Shown here piece after piece: positions 9,300-18,901 of a stretch of 64,000 bases of DNA. Under the pieces are notes generated by a model. That model had not been told where the DNA came from. It saw only the letters and a list, made by a program, of their open reading frames with translations, and ran no database searches. Position 1 is the stretch's first letter; the number at the start of each line of letters is the position of its first letter. Position numbers and translations under genes: made by a program. The DNA comes from Bacilli bacterium (GTDB taxonomy: Bacteria > Bacillota_I > Bacilli_A > RFN20 > CAG-826). Where the stretch lies: the NCBI GenBank assembly GCA_035361955.1, contig DAOSDC010000004.1:14916-78915 (forward strand). The letters run 5' to 3'.

Positions 9300-11180
9300 A
9301 TGAAAAACTTGTCACTCGGTCGGATTTGGAATCAAACAAAAACGTTCTTTTCGAAGCCGGCATCGGTCATCCTCTTGTTTTTCTCCCTTTTCTTAACGGC
9401 GACAGTTATTTATCCCTTGATTTCGTTAATCATCGATAGTTTCACAGTTCAAAGTATTTCCGAGGCGCGTGAAATCGCCGATATTTGGGATATAGTCGTC
9501 AAAAAGGGCGATTTAACTTGGGCGCAATGGCCCAACCTCTTATTCAACCCCGACCGCGAATATTCAATGAACTTCTTTTGGCAACCGCTTTATAAATCGA
9601 TGCTCATGGCCCTCTTGGCGTGTGCCATCGCTGTATTAAGCGGCGGCTTGCTGGCGTGGCTAATTACGCGTAGCAATTTGCCTTTTAAGAAATATATTTC
9701 AATCGTTTTCATCTTTCCTTATATTATGCCCTCGTGGTCAATCGCCATGTTTTGGGAAAACTTTTTCAAGAATACGGCGATTGCTTCGGCCAATTACCAA
9801 ATGGGCATTCTTGAATCATGGACGGGAATTCAAGTACCAGAAAATTTCCTCTATGGACTCGTCCCATGTGCAATTGTGCTCGGTATCCATTATGCTCCAT
9901 TTGCCTACATCCTAATCGGGGGCATCTTACGCAATATGGACGCCAATCTCGAAGAAGCGGCAACGATTCTTAAAGCATCGCGATTCCGTACTTTGAGGAA
10001 AATCACGATTCCCATCGTCGCTCCAGCGATTATCTCAACAATTCTGCTCGTCTTCTCGAGTTCGATTTCTAGTTTTACCGTCCCCGCGTTTCTCAATCCC
10101 AACAATAGTTTTACGGCTATTTCGGTCACAATGCGCGGTTTGTTAATTATCGCTGGCAAGAAAGGCCAAGGTTATGTAGTCGCCGTTATCTTGTTGGTCT
10201 TCAGCGTTTTAATTTTAACGCTAAACAACTGGTTTACCAGGTCGCGCCGTAGTTTTACGACGATCACGGGAAAATCTGGTCAAGTCAGTAAATTCAAGAT
10301 TGGCAACAAACCATGGATTAAATACTTCGTTGGTAGCTTAATCGTAATTATGGTTTCATTCACCGCCGTACTGCCACTGGTCACGTTTATCCTTGAAAGC
10401 TTACAAGAAGTACCGGGAGACATTCGATCCATCACCCTTAAATACTGGTTTTCCAGTGAAAGTTTTGATGTTCGGATTACTTCTCAAGGTCAATCAGCTC
10501 AAGGTATCTTGCACAACTTCACGATTTGGAAAGCGTTTGGCCGCAGCGTTTTAGTAGCAGCGATTGTCGCTTTAATTGCTGGAACCTTCGGCATCTTGAT
10601 TGGCTACGCCGTCAGTAAAAACCGTCGGCGGAGAATTGCTAACTATGTCTCGAGCACCGCATTTTTACCCTACCTCATCCCCGCACTTAGCTTTAGTGCC
10701 ATTTTCTTCTCATTGTCATTTAAGCCGGGCTTCCAATGGCTCAATGTGTCGAGCACTAACAACGAATGGTCGGCAATCATCATTTGCGTCATCGTCGCCT
10801 CGGTCAAATTCTTGCCATTTGCCTCGCGCAGCGGCACTAACGCCATGCTTCAAGTATCTGGAGAAATCGAAGAAGCGGCCATCATCACCGGTTGCCCTTG
10901 GTGGAAGCGGATGACCCGAGTATTATTCCCAATCCAAAAATCAAGTTTGATCAGCGGCTACTTATTGCCGTTTATCTCGTGTATGCGCGAGTTGACACTA
11001 TTCGTGTTAATCACCTCAAGTTTCTCGCTGATTACCAACGTATTATCTTACTTTGACATTTATGGTCTGAATCAAATTACCAACGGTATCAACTTGCTAA
11101 TCGTGTTATTTGTCATCGTCGTCAACTTCCTCGTCAGTAAGCTGACAGGCGCTTCAATCGATAAAGGTATAGGAGGCTAA
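9300..11180 (+). CDS. ABC transporter permease with two fused 6-TM domains (Fe3+/thiamine/polyamine-type double permease)
   Basis: 626 aa with about 12 hydrophobic segments. Two EAA-like loops are present (ILKASRFRTLRKITIPI and IITGCPWWKRMTRVLFPI). Confidence 0.6.
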   Translation: MKNLSLGRIWNQTKTFFSKPASVILLFFSLFLTATVIYPLISLIIDSFTVQSISEAREIADIWDIVVKKGDLTWAQWPNLLFNPDREYSMNFFWQPLYKSMLMALLACAIAVLSGGLLAWLITRSNLPFKKYISIVFIFPYIMPSWSIAMFWENFFKNTAIASANYQMGILESWTGIQVPENFLYGLVPCAIVLGIHYAPFAYILIGGILRNMDANLEEAATILKASRFRTLRKITIPIVAPAIISTILLVFSSSISSFTVPAFLNPNNSFTAISVTMRGLLIIAGKKGQGYVVAVILLVFSVLILTLNNWFTRSRRSFTTITGKSGQVSKFKIGNKPWIKYFVGSLIVIMVSFTAVLPLVTFILESLQEVPGDIRSITLKYWFSSESFDVRITSQGQSAQGILHNFTIWKAFGRSVLVAAIVALIAGTFGILIGYAVSKNRRRRIANYVSSTAFLPYLIPALSFSAIFFSLSFKPGFQWLNVSSTNNEWSAIIICVIVASVKFLPFASRSGTNAMLQVSGEIEEAAIITGCPWWKRMTRVLFPIQKSSLISGYLLPFISCMRELTLFVLITSSFSLITNVLSYFDIYGLNQITNGINLLIVLFVIVVNFLVSKLTGASIDKGIGG

Positions 11181-11184
11181 ACAC

Positions 11185-12297
11185 ATGCCAAGAATTGAAT
11201 TAATCAACGTTACGAAAAAATGGGGTAATTTCACCGCGGTCGATAAACTTAATATGGTAATCGACGATCGCGAGTTCGTGACCTTGCTCGGACCTTCGGG
11301 CTGTGGCAAAACGACGACGCTGCGCATGATTGCCGGTTTAGAAACACCCACCGCGGGAACTATCATCATCGGTGACAAGGTCGTGTTCGATAGCGACAAA
11401 GGTATTAACATTTCGCCCGCAAAGCGCGATGTCGGCTTCTTATTTCAAAACTATGCCTTGTGGCCACACATGACCGTATATAAAAACATCGCCTTTGGTT
11501 TAGAAAACCTTAAATGGAAAAAAGATGCGATTAACGCTCGCGTTGAAGAAGTCATGAAGACGCTCCATATCGAGGAATTCCGCAACCGGTATCCAAGCGA
11601 AATTTCTGGCGGTCAACAACAACGTGTAGCGATCGCCCGCACATTAGCGCCACGTCCACAAGTTCTTTTCATGGACGAACCATTATCAAACCTCGATGCC
11701 AAACTGCGCGGCGAAATGAGAACCGAGTTAAAACGATTACATCGCGATACCGATTCGACGTTTGTTTATGTTACTCACGATCAACTTGAAGCAATGACGT
11801 TAGCCACACGTGTGTGCTTAATGCATAACGGCGTCCTCCAACAATATGAGAAGCCGCTTGACGTCTATGATCATCCCGTCAATTTGTTCGTGGCCGATTT
11901 TGTTGGTAATCCGACGATGAATTTCATCGATTGCAAAGCCAAGCAGTTATCGGACACAGAAGTTCAGCTCGAATTTTTAGGTGTTAAATGCAAATATACC
12001 GCCAACGCGAAAATATCGGCTCCCAAAGACGTCGTGCTCGGCATTCGTCCCGAGTTTATCAATATCCATGAAAAAGGAACGATTGATGGATTAGCTTATT
12101 CAACCCTTCCCAGCGGCATGGAAACGACAATCAAAGTAAGTCTCAAAGACAAAATTTTATCAGCGGTCCAATTCGGCGCTGTCGACTATGATTTCGATGA
12201 AAAAATTAAATTCGATATTACGAGCAATAAGGTAATATTGTTCGATACCGAGACGAAAACTCGGATTGGCATCGGTTCCTGCACGGTTATTAAATAG
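11185..12297 (+). CDS. ABC transporter ATP-binding protein of the MalK/UgpC/MsmK/FbpC clade, with a C-terminal TOBE-like domain
   Basis: Walker A GPSGCGKTT, signature LSGGQQQRVAIAR, Walker B LFMDEPLSNLD, and FVGNPTMNF, which is typical of MalK-like ATPases. Confidence 0.8.
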   Translation: MPRIELINVTKKWGNFTAVDKLNMVIDDREFVTLLGPSGCGKTTTLRMIAGLETPTAGTIIIGDKVVFDSDKGINISPAKRDVGFLFQNYALWPHMTVYKNIAFGLENLKWKKDAINARVEEVMKTLHIEEFRNRYPSEISGGQQQRVAIARTLAPRPQVLFMDEPLSNLDAKLRGEMRTELKRLHRDTDSTFVYVTHDQLEAMTLATRVCLMHNGVLQQYEKPLDVYDHPVNLFVADFVGNPTMNFIDCKAKQLSDTEVQLEFLGVKCKYTANAKISAPKDVVLGIRPEFINIHEKGTIDGLAYSTLPSGMETTIKVSLKDKILSAVQFGAVDYDFDEKIKFDITSNKVILFDTETKTRIGIGSCTVIK

Positions 12298-12317
12298 CGA
12301 CAATTGTCGCTATTTTC
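12294..12317 (+). terminator. Rho-independent terminator (perfect palindrome tagcgacaa|ttgtcgcta, then TTTTCTTC)
   Basis: The palindrome overlaps the stop codon of the ATPase gene. Confidence 0.65.
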
Positions 12318-12336
12318 TTCCCCCAATATTATTGAA

Positions 12337-13287
12337 ATGAACGAATTTGAAGTTAAACAAACCGATACGATCAAACCAAGTGGCCGCCAACTACCCAAGC
12401 CATATTTATTGACGCGTATGGGCGCGGCCTTATTTGATTTGCTCATTGCTATCATCATTTTCGGTGGACTACAAGCCGGCGTCTTTTATGGTCTATACGG
12501 ACCGCTTGGTTATCATCAAGCTCTGGCAAGCGCCCAGGAGGTGCTGTCGGATTCGGGATTATATGTTTATGATGCTCAAAGGGGATATTTGACAATCACT
12601 GAGACCTATGATGACACGTTGACCCCAAGTGAGAATTATGATAATCCGATTACCACTTATTATAGTAACGATGCGCGAGCAATCGCCGAGAATAAACTCG
12701 ATAGTTATTACGTTGCTAAGATTGCTTCAGGCCTTTTTGAATTGAATGACGAACAGATTCCAGAATTGCTCCCCGACGTGTCGGAAACAGCTCTAAAAAG
12801 CTTTTATGGGGCTGAATACGGCAAAGCTGTCGTGTTTCTTGAACAGGACCCGGTTTATGTTGCGGGCATTCGTCAAACATTTTTAATCGCCCTTTTTTCG
12901 AATTTAGTAACGATTACACTATCGTGTTCAATCGTTTATCTATTAGTCCCGATGTTGCGCCCAAACGGGCAAACGCCGATGCAAATTTTATTAAAAATCG
13001 GTTTAGCGGACGCATCATCGGATACGCGCGTAAAGCGGGGTCAAATCGCCATACGATTCGCAATACTGCTCCTTTTCAACGTGTGGTTGCCGATTCTGCT
13101 TTACGCTCGATTTGCCTATTTTACGCTCGTGCCGATTTTCGTCACCCTGATTTTAATGACGATTACGAAGGCTTCGCGTGGACCTCATGACTTTGCGTCC
13201 AATACTTATATTGTTTCACTAAAAGATATGCAGATACCACAAAGGAAACAGCAGGAGATTACGAATTCCGCAGAAGGTTTTAGGTAA
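12337..13287 (+). CDS. Polytopic membrane protein, RDD-family-like
   Basis: Start chosen at ATG 12337 (MNEFEVK...), downstream of the terminator. Several TM segments. N-terminal RxxAxxxDxxI pattern. Function unknown. Confidence 0.45.
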   Translation: MNEFEVKQTDTIKPSGRQLPKPYLLTRMGAALFDLLIAIIIFGGLQAGVFYGLYGPLGYHQALASAQEVLSDSGLYVYDAQRGYLTITETYDDTLTPSENYDNPITTYYSNDARAIAENKLDSYYVAKIASGLFELNDEQIPELLPDVSETALKSFYGAEYGKAVVFLEQDPVYVAGIRQTFLIALFSNLVTITLSCSIVYLLVPMLRPNGQTPMQILLKIGLADASSDTRVKRGQIAIRFAILLLFNVWLPILLYARFAYFTLVPIFVTLILMTITKASRGPHDFASNTYIVSLKDMQIPQRKQQEITNSAEGFR

Positions 13288-13295
13288 GCGATTAA

Positions 13296-14048
13296 ATGTT
13301 CATTAATTTTGAAACCGTTGAAAATATCCGCGATTTGGGCGGGATTAAAACGAGCGATGGTCATACAATCGTCAGCAAGCGATTATTACGAAGCAGTGAG
13401 CTTCACAATCTTTCCAAACGCGAGCTCGACATTCTCAAACATAAATACGATTTACGCGTCGTCATCGATTTCCGTTCGACGCGCTCGACAATTACGCGTA
13501 AAGATAACATTGACGACTCAATTAAATACATGCATATGGTCGTGCTTCATTTTCTTGAAACGAATACTTATGGCACTGAAATAAAGGTGTCGCCCGATGA
13601 GTTCTTTATTGATATTTATCGTTCGCTCGCTATTAGCCCTGAGGCGATTGCAACATATCGTAATTTCTTCCGTGTCGTGTTAGCCCAAGAAGAGGGCTGT
13701 CTTCTATATCATTGCCGGTCAGGCAAAGACCGCACCGGAATTGCCACGACACTGCTACTACATGCCTTGGGAGTTGACAAACGATCAATCTATCAGGAGC
13801 ACTTCCTTACTAACGAGGTAATGCGACCGCTTTATGAACAAAAACTTCGGGAGTTAGATCCGCACGATATTGATAGTATTAACTTCTATCACGCTCTATA
13901 TATTGCCAAAAAAGAATATATTGATGAATACTATCGGGCGATTGAAGAAAAATATGGTTCAATTGATAGTTATTTAAGGGAACAAATCGGCGTTTCCGAC
14001 AAAGAAATAGACATTTTAAGAGCAAGATACCTTGAAAATAATTATTAA
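13296..14048 (+). CDS. Protein tyrosine/serine phosphatase (CX5R, Y_phosphatase3-like)
   Basis: Active-site motif HCRSGKDRTG. Confidence 0.6.
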   Translation: MFINFETVENIRDLGGIKTSDGHTIVSKRLLRSSELHNLSKRELDILKHKYDLRVVIDFRSTRSTITRKDNIDDSIKYMHMVVLHFLETNTYGTEIKVSPDEFFIDIYRSLAISPEAIATYRNFFRVVLAQEEGCLLYHCRSGKDRTGIATTLLLHALGVDKRSIYQEHFLTNEVMRPLYEQKLRELDPHDIDSINFYHALYIAKKEYIDEYYRAIEEKYGSIDSYLREQIGVSDKEIDILRARYLENNY

Positions 14049-14176
14049 AATTACGTTTATGATTAAAAAATATAATCTCAAATACGTTAAAAAAGAATAA
14101 AAATTGATTATTATTAATTAGTGAAAATAATAATATAGAAAAAATTATTTTCAAAAAATTATAGAAGGAGAGCGCT

Positions 14177-15049
14177 ATGGAAAATTGCATCGTTAGGATT
14201 AACGAATCACTCGATTCTTTTTCGAAGCAGGAAAAGAAAGTCGCTCGCTACATTTTAGACCACCAACAAGAAGTATCGGAGATGACGATTACCGAACTGG
14301 CCCGCAAATGCAAAAGCTCGACAGCGACGATTGTCCGGTTTTGCACGATCATCGGATTTAAAGGATATCGCGACTTTATCAAAAGCTTTTATCACGATGT
14401 TGCCAGCGGTGTCTCCGCCGATGAAAACATTTATGAACTCGACAATAAAAACCCCAATGATTTAAGCATTAAGCAAACTATTGAGGTCGTCAGCAGATTA
14501 AACATCGAATCACTTTCCAATACGCTTAAAATTGTCAATGAAGATTGTATTGAACGGGCGGTATCTGCAATCGATAAATCGTGCCGCGTTTGTCTATACG
14601 CATTAAGCGGATCGATCGTTGTTGCCGAAGATGCCGTGTTTAAATTCGAGCGACTCGGAATTGATTGTAAGTTATACAACACACCTCATTCACAAATATT
14701 GTCGACATCGATTCTGAAACCAGAATGCGTTGCCATCTTTATCTCGTATTCAGGCGAGACGAAGGAAATCATCGACGCCGCGGAGATTGCCACATCACGC
14801 GGTGTCACGACAATTTCGATTACAAAATACGGCGAAAATCCTTTAAAGAAAGTTTGTAACATTAACATTCAACACTCATCGATTGGCAAAGGACTGCGAA
14901 CGATGTCAACCCGTTCGCGTATCGTGCAGCAAAACATCGTCGACATCCTTTATGTCGCGCTGGCGCAACGCCGAGGCGATTACCTGAAACGGTATTACGA
15001 ACTATTTGATTACGCGCCGCAAACCGAAAAGAAAAACGGCAAAAAATAA
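14177..15049 (+). CDS. RpiR/MurR-family transcriptional regulator (HTH_6 + SIS domain)
   Basis: RBS AAGGAGAG. N-terminal LDSFSKQEKKVARYILDH...TITELARKCKSSTATIVRFC helix-turn-helix. C-terminal SIS-like region. Confidence 0.75.
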   Translation: MENCIVRINESLDSFSKQEKKVARYILDHQQEVSEMTITELARKCKSSTATIVRFCTIIGFKGYRDFIKSFYHDVASGVSADENIYELDNKNPNDLSIKQTIEVVSRLNIESLSNTLKIVNEDCIERAVSAIDKSCRVCLYALSGSIVVAEDAVFKFERLGIDCKLYNTPHSQILSTSILKPECVAIFISYSGETKEIIDAAEIATSRGVTTISITKYGENPLKKVCNINIQHSSIGKGLRTMSTRSRIVQQNIVDILYVALAQRRGDYLKRYYELFDYAPQTEKKNGKK

Positions 15050-15220
15050 CCAATTTATTGACCACGGATCACCGCCACTATTATTAGGGTATTAAATTCG
15101 TGGTTTTTTGTTTCAGTGAAAAAATACTGCAAATCCGCCCTTGTTTTTTTATATCAATACGCTAATGAAGCGCTTTTAGTATTAACAATCATGAATTTGA
15201 ATGGCTATGTGATATAGTCA

Positions 15221-16924
15221 ATGTATCCAGAACCGCTTATGTTACACGACATTAAAAAATGGAAAAACTACCCGCGTCTACTTACGTCATATCGTAAGGA
15301 AATGTCGGCACTTTCGGATAGTCGACTTCACGAATCATTCTATCGCGACATTGATTTTGGCACCGGTGGCATGCGGGGAGAAATGGGTGCGGGCACTAAC
15401 CGCATCAACGACTATACCATCAAGCAAGCGACAATCGGGCTTGCCTATTATTTACTTGAAAAAAATCCACGACCAATCAATATCGTGATTGCCTATGATA
15501 CAAGAACCAATTCAAAGCGCTATGCCCAAGTGGCAGCGCGCACCTTAGCATATTACGGCATTTATTCACATGTGTTTACGAATCCAAGACCGACTCCACA
15601 ATTATCGTTCATGGTTAGATACTTACACGCGCAAGCGGGCATCGTGATTACCGCAAGTCATAATCCGCCTATTTATAATGGTTACAAAATCTATGATCAA
15701 GAAGGCTGCCAATTTGTTCCCCTACTAGCCGACATTATCAAAGAAAAAATCAGACTTCATGGCGATTATTTTGCATTTGAACTACCGACATATTCTAAAG
15801 CGAAGCAAGCAGGATTTATTAAAACACTATCAAGTAAAGACGATGTGCCATATATCAGTTTTCTTAACGCTTTAGCGATTAGGAAAAATGATAATAAAAC
15901 AATCAAAATCGTGTATACACCGCTGCATGGCACCGGATATGCGTTTGGAGCAAAGTTGTTGGCAACTGCGGGCTATCAAGTCGATGTCGTCAAAGAGCAG
16001 TCTTTCCCCGACGCCATGTTTTCAACGCTAACTTCACCAAATCCTGAAAATCCGAAAGCGTTTATACTCGCCGAAGCTTTGGCGAAACAAACAGGAGCCA
16101 CGCTGTTATTAGCGACCGATCCGGACGCCGATCGTCTTGGAGTGGCCATCAAGCAAAACGAAAATTTCACATATTTATCAGGATCACAGCTCGGTGCATT
16201 AATGCTCGATTACTTGCTAAAAAACAAACCGGGAACAAACCAGGATGTCGTCATTTCGACGATTGTTACGCCTTCTCTTGGTGTCAATATTGCCAAAGCC
16301 CACGGCCTAGAAACGATATTGACACTGACGGGCTTTAAATTCATTGGCGAACAAATCGCCAAACTAGATAAGGTAAAAAAGTTCTATTTCGGCTTTGAAG
16401 AATCGTTTGGCTATCTACTTTCAAGCCAAGTGCGTGATAAAGATGCCTTCCAAGCGATGCTACTGGCCGCGGAAATGTTTAACTACTATCAACAATCAAA
16501 CATCAGCGCTGACCAAGCATTGATTGCCCTTTATGAAACCTATGGCTATTACCAAGACGAATTAATGAATTTCGATTTGCCCGGGTCGATGGGAATGACC
16601 ACGATGAATAACATCATGAACCATGTCCGAGACAATCCGCTTCATGTCCTTGACGGGCAATCAATCATCAAATACGAAGATTACCTTGTTCAGCAAGGGC
16701 AAAATATAGACGGGACTATCTACGATCTTAAATTTCCACAATCAGATGTGATTAAACTATTTATCAGTGAAGACAGCACAATTGTATTTCGACCATCAGG
16801 CACCGAACCAAAGCTAAAGGTGTATGTATCGATGGTTGATAAAGACGAACAAATATCGAAATCAAAGTTATTTGAAGTTAAGCAAGCAATTACCAAGATT
16901 ATGGAGCGGTTTATCAAACCATGA
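15221..16924 (+). CDS. pgcA: alpha-D-phosphohexomutase (phosphomannomutase/phosphoglucomutase)
   Basis: GTGGMRGEMG, active-site TASHNPPIYNGYKIY, and a metal-binding DPDADR motif. Confidence 0.85.
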   Translation: MYPEPLMLHDIKKWKNYPRLLTSYRKEMSALSDSRLHESFYRDIDFGTGGMRGEMGAGTNRINDYTIKQATIGLAYYLLEKNPRPINIVIAYDTRTNSKRYAQVAARTLAYYGIYSHVFTNPRPTPQLSFMVRYLHAQAGIVITASHNPPIYNGYKIYDQEGCQFVPLLADIIKEKIRLHGDYFAFELPTYSKAKQAGFIKTLSSKDDVPYISFLNALAIRKNDNKTIKIVYTPLHGTGYAFGAKLLATAGYQVDVVKEQSFPDAMFSTLTSPNPENPKAFILAEALAKQTGATLLLATDPDADRLGVAIKQNENFTYLSGSQLGALMLDYLLKNKPGTNQDVVISTIVTPSLGVNIAKAHGLETILTLTGFKFIGEQIAKLDKVKKFYFGFEESFGYLLSSQVRDKDAFQAMLLAAEMFNYYQQSNISADQALIALYETYGYYQDELMNFDLPGSMGMTTMNNIMNHVRDNPLHVLDGQSIIKYEDYLVQQGQNIDGTIYDLKFPQSDVIKLFISEDSTIVFRPSGTEPKLKVYVSMVDKDEQISKSKLFEVKQAITKIMERFIKP

Positions 16925-17871
16925 ATGACATCACCACGATAAAACTCAAACCGGTTTTCCAACAAAAGATTTGGGGTGGGCGTCGCCTCGAAAAGTATTT
17001 TGGTAATTTATTACCAACAGGCAATATTGGCGAATGCTGGCTCATATCAGCGCATCCTAACGGAGACACTATCGTTGATGGAGGACCGCTTGATGGAATG
17101 CCGCTGAGTCAGGTTTATCGGCAGCACAAACACCTGTTCGGCAATTCCTCATACAGCGAATTTCCGTTAATTATTAAAATCATCGATGCGAGTGACGATT
17201 TATCAGTGCAAGTTCATCCTGATGACAATTACGCCCATACGATTGGCCAACCATATGGAAAAGAAGAAGCGTGGTTAATCCTCGAACCTTCCATCGATAG
17301 AATGGTGCAACTTGGTCATTATGCCCAGTCAAAAGAACAACTTTCACATTTGATCACAAATGGAGAATGGAAGCGCCTATTGAAGTATTATCCGATTGCC
17401 AAAAACGATTTGGTGCCAGTTAAGCCCGGCACACTCCACGCGATCTTAAAAGGAACGATGATTCTTGAAATACAGCAATCATCGGACACGACCTATCGTC
17501 TATATGATTATGATCGGCTTGATGATGCGGGAAATAAAAGACCACTACATATCAAAGAGTCAATCGAAGTCATATCGGTTCCCGATCCAGCCGGTGGACC
17601 AATCCATATCCAAGAAGCATTAAAGCAACAAACCGCGATGCTTTGGTCTGGTCACTACTTTTCAATCCATGAATGGAATGTGACTACACAAATGAATGTC
17701 ATACTTGAAAGCGGTAATTTTTATCTTCTAACGATTCTATCAGGCACAGGAACGATTAATGGGGTACCTTGTCAAATGGGTGATGCCGTGATTATTACAT
17801 CACTTGCCAAGACAATCGACATTAAAGGAAAAATGAGAATCGTAACTGCGATTCCAGCAAAGGGAGCTTGA
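16921..17871 (+). CDS. manA: Mannose-6-phosphate isomerase, class I
   Basis: Type I PMI motifs QVHPDDNYA and GKEEAWLILE. About 316 aa, like Bacillus ManA. It overlaps pmm by 4 nt. Confidence 0.8.
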   Translation: MNDITTIKLKPVFQQKIWGGRRLEKYFGNLLPTGNIGECWLISAHPNGDTIVDGGPLDGMPLSQVYRQHKHLFGNSSYSEFPLIIKIIDASDDLSVQVHPDDNYAHTIGQPYGKEEAWLILEPSIDRMVQLGHYAQSKEQLSHLITNGEWKRLLKYYPIAKNDLVPVKPGTLHAILKGTMILEIQQSSDTTYRLYDYDRLDDAGNKRPLHIKESIEVISVPDPAGGPIHIQEALKQQTAMLWSGHYFSIHEWNVTTQMNVILESGNFYLLTILSGTGTINGVPCQMGDAVIITSLAKTIDIKGKMRIVTAIPAKGA

Positions 17872-18758
17872 TTGTGAAATATTCGATTGGGGTCGATATC
17901 GGAGGCTCACTCGTTCGTGTCGCCATTGTCGATGAAATGGGCGCTATTCATTATCAACAAGCCGAACCGACTATCAAGCAAGACAAGTTAAAACTTTTAG
18001 CGCAACTCAAAGCCATGATTCAAGCCGCTGCTAATATGGAATTTGACATCGTGGGTATTGGCATTGGGATATCTGGCCCAGTTACACCTAATACTGGCTA
18101 TGTCCATGCATTGCCTAACATCGGCGTTGAAGACTTGGATGTCAAACAATACTTATCCGAATTCTTTTCGCTTCCGATATACGTTGTTAACGATGCCAAT
18201 GCGGCGGGGTTAGCCGAAGCGATATTTGGCGCTGGTAGAGGATATCGTGTCGTGCAATACGTAACATTGTCAACCGGCATCGGCGGTGGTCTTGTCATCG
18301 ATGGCAAAATCTGGACGGGTACGCACGGTTTTGCTCAAGAAATTGGCAATATGATTATTAAACGTGGAAGACCCTCACCTAATAGTCAAATGAATCCTGA
18401 TAGTTTTGAATCATGGTGTTCAGGAGCTAGTCTTGTCAAAATAGCCAATGAGAAAGGCATTAATGTTTTAACAACAAAAGATGTGTTTGATAATCCAATG
18501 TGCACGCCAATCGTCGATGAATGGATTGATCATTTGGGTATCGCTTTAAGCAATTTATATAACATACTAGAACCCGATGTAATCGTTCTTGGTGGCGGAA
18601 TCATGAAATCAAGTGCGCGATTCTTCAATCGTATCCTGCCAAGCGTAACACGTTATGTTTATAAACAAACAACAAAACATGTTTTAATCAAACAAGCGGA
18701 GTTAGGACAAAATTCAGGCCTTATTGGCGCAGCTTTATTATCGTTTCACAGACAATAA
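17868..18758 (+). CDS. ROK-family sugar kinase (gluco-/manno-/fructokinase)
   Basis: N-terminal GVDIGGSLVRVAIVD ATP-binding motif and the ROK signature region. It overlaps manA, with a TTG/GTG start. Confidence 0.7.
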   Translation: MIVKYSIGVDIGGSLVRVAIVDEMGAIHYQQAEPTIKQDKLKLLAQLKAMIQAAANMEFDIVGIGIGISGPVTPNTGYVHALPNIGVEDLDVKQYLSEFFSLPIYVVNDANAAGLAEAIFGAGRGYRVVQYVTLSTGIGGGLVIDGKIWTGTHGFAQEIGNMIIKRGRPSPNSQMNPDSFESWCSGASLVKIANEKGINVLTTKDVFDNPMCTPIVDEWIDHLGIALSNLYNILEPDVIVLGGGIMKSSARFFNRILPSVTRYVYKQTTKHVLIKQAELGQNSGLIGAALLSFHRQ

Positions 18759-18827
18759 AAAACCACATTAGATTAATAATATTTAATTAACTAATATTTA
18801 ACTGGTATTTTAACACGCGTGTGCGTA

Positions 18828-18856
18828 TTGACATTCCTTTTAAGTGGTGCTAATTA
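18828..18856 (+). promoter_or_regulatory. Sigma-A-type promoter for the first tandem-module gene: -35 TTGACA, 17-nt spacer, TGcTAATTA extended -10
   Basis: Hexamers read directly from the sequence. A perfect 10-bp palindrome ACACGCGTGT (18813-18822) abuts the -35. Confidence 0.5.
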
Positions 18857-18901
18857 TAAAGTTGTATAACTATAAAAGCGCTTACTTATAGGAGAACGAT
18901 T

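Noticed and set aside
15062-15112. Terminator after rpiR (accacgg...tcgtggt plus TTTTTT)
   Set aside because: The 7-bp stem includes a G-U pair and encloses a ~31-nt loop. It is possible but too weak to call confidently as a feature.
18873-18886. A full catabolite-responsive element (cre)
   Set aside because: Only 11/14 match to the cre consensus, and the conserved TG...CA flanks are missing. It is kept only as a candidate operator in findings.
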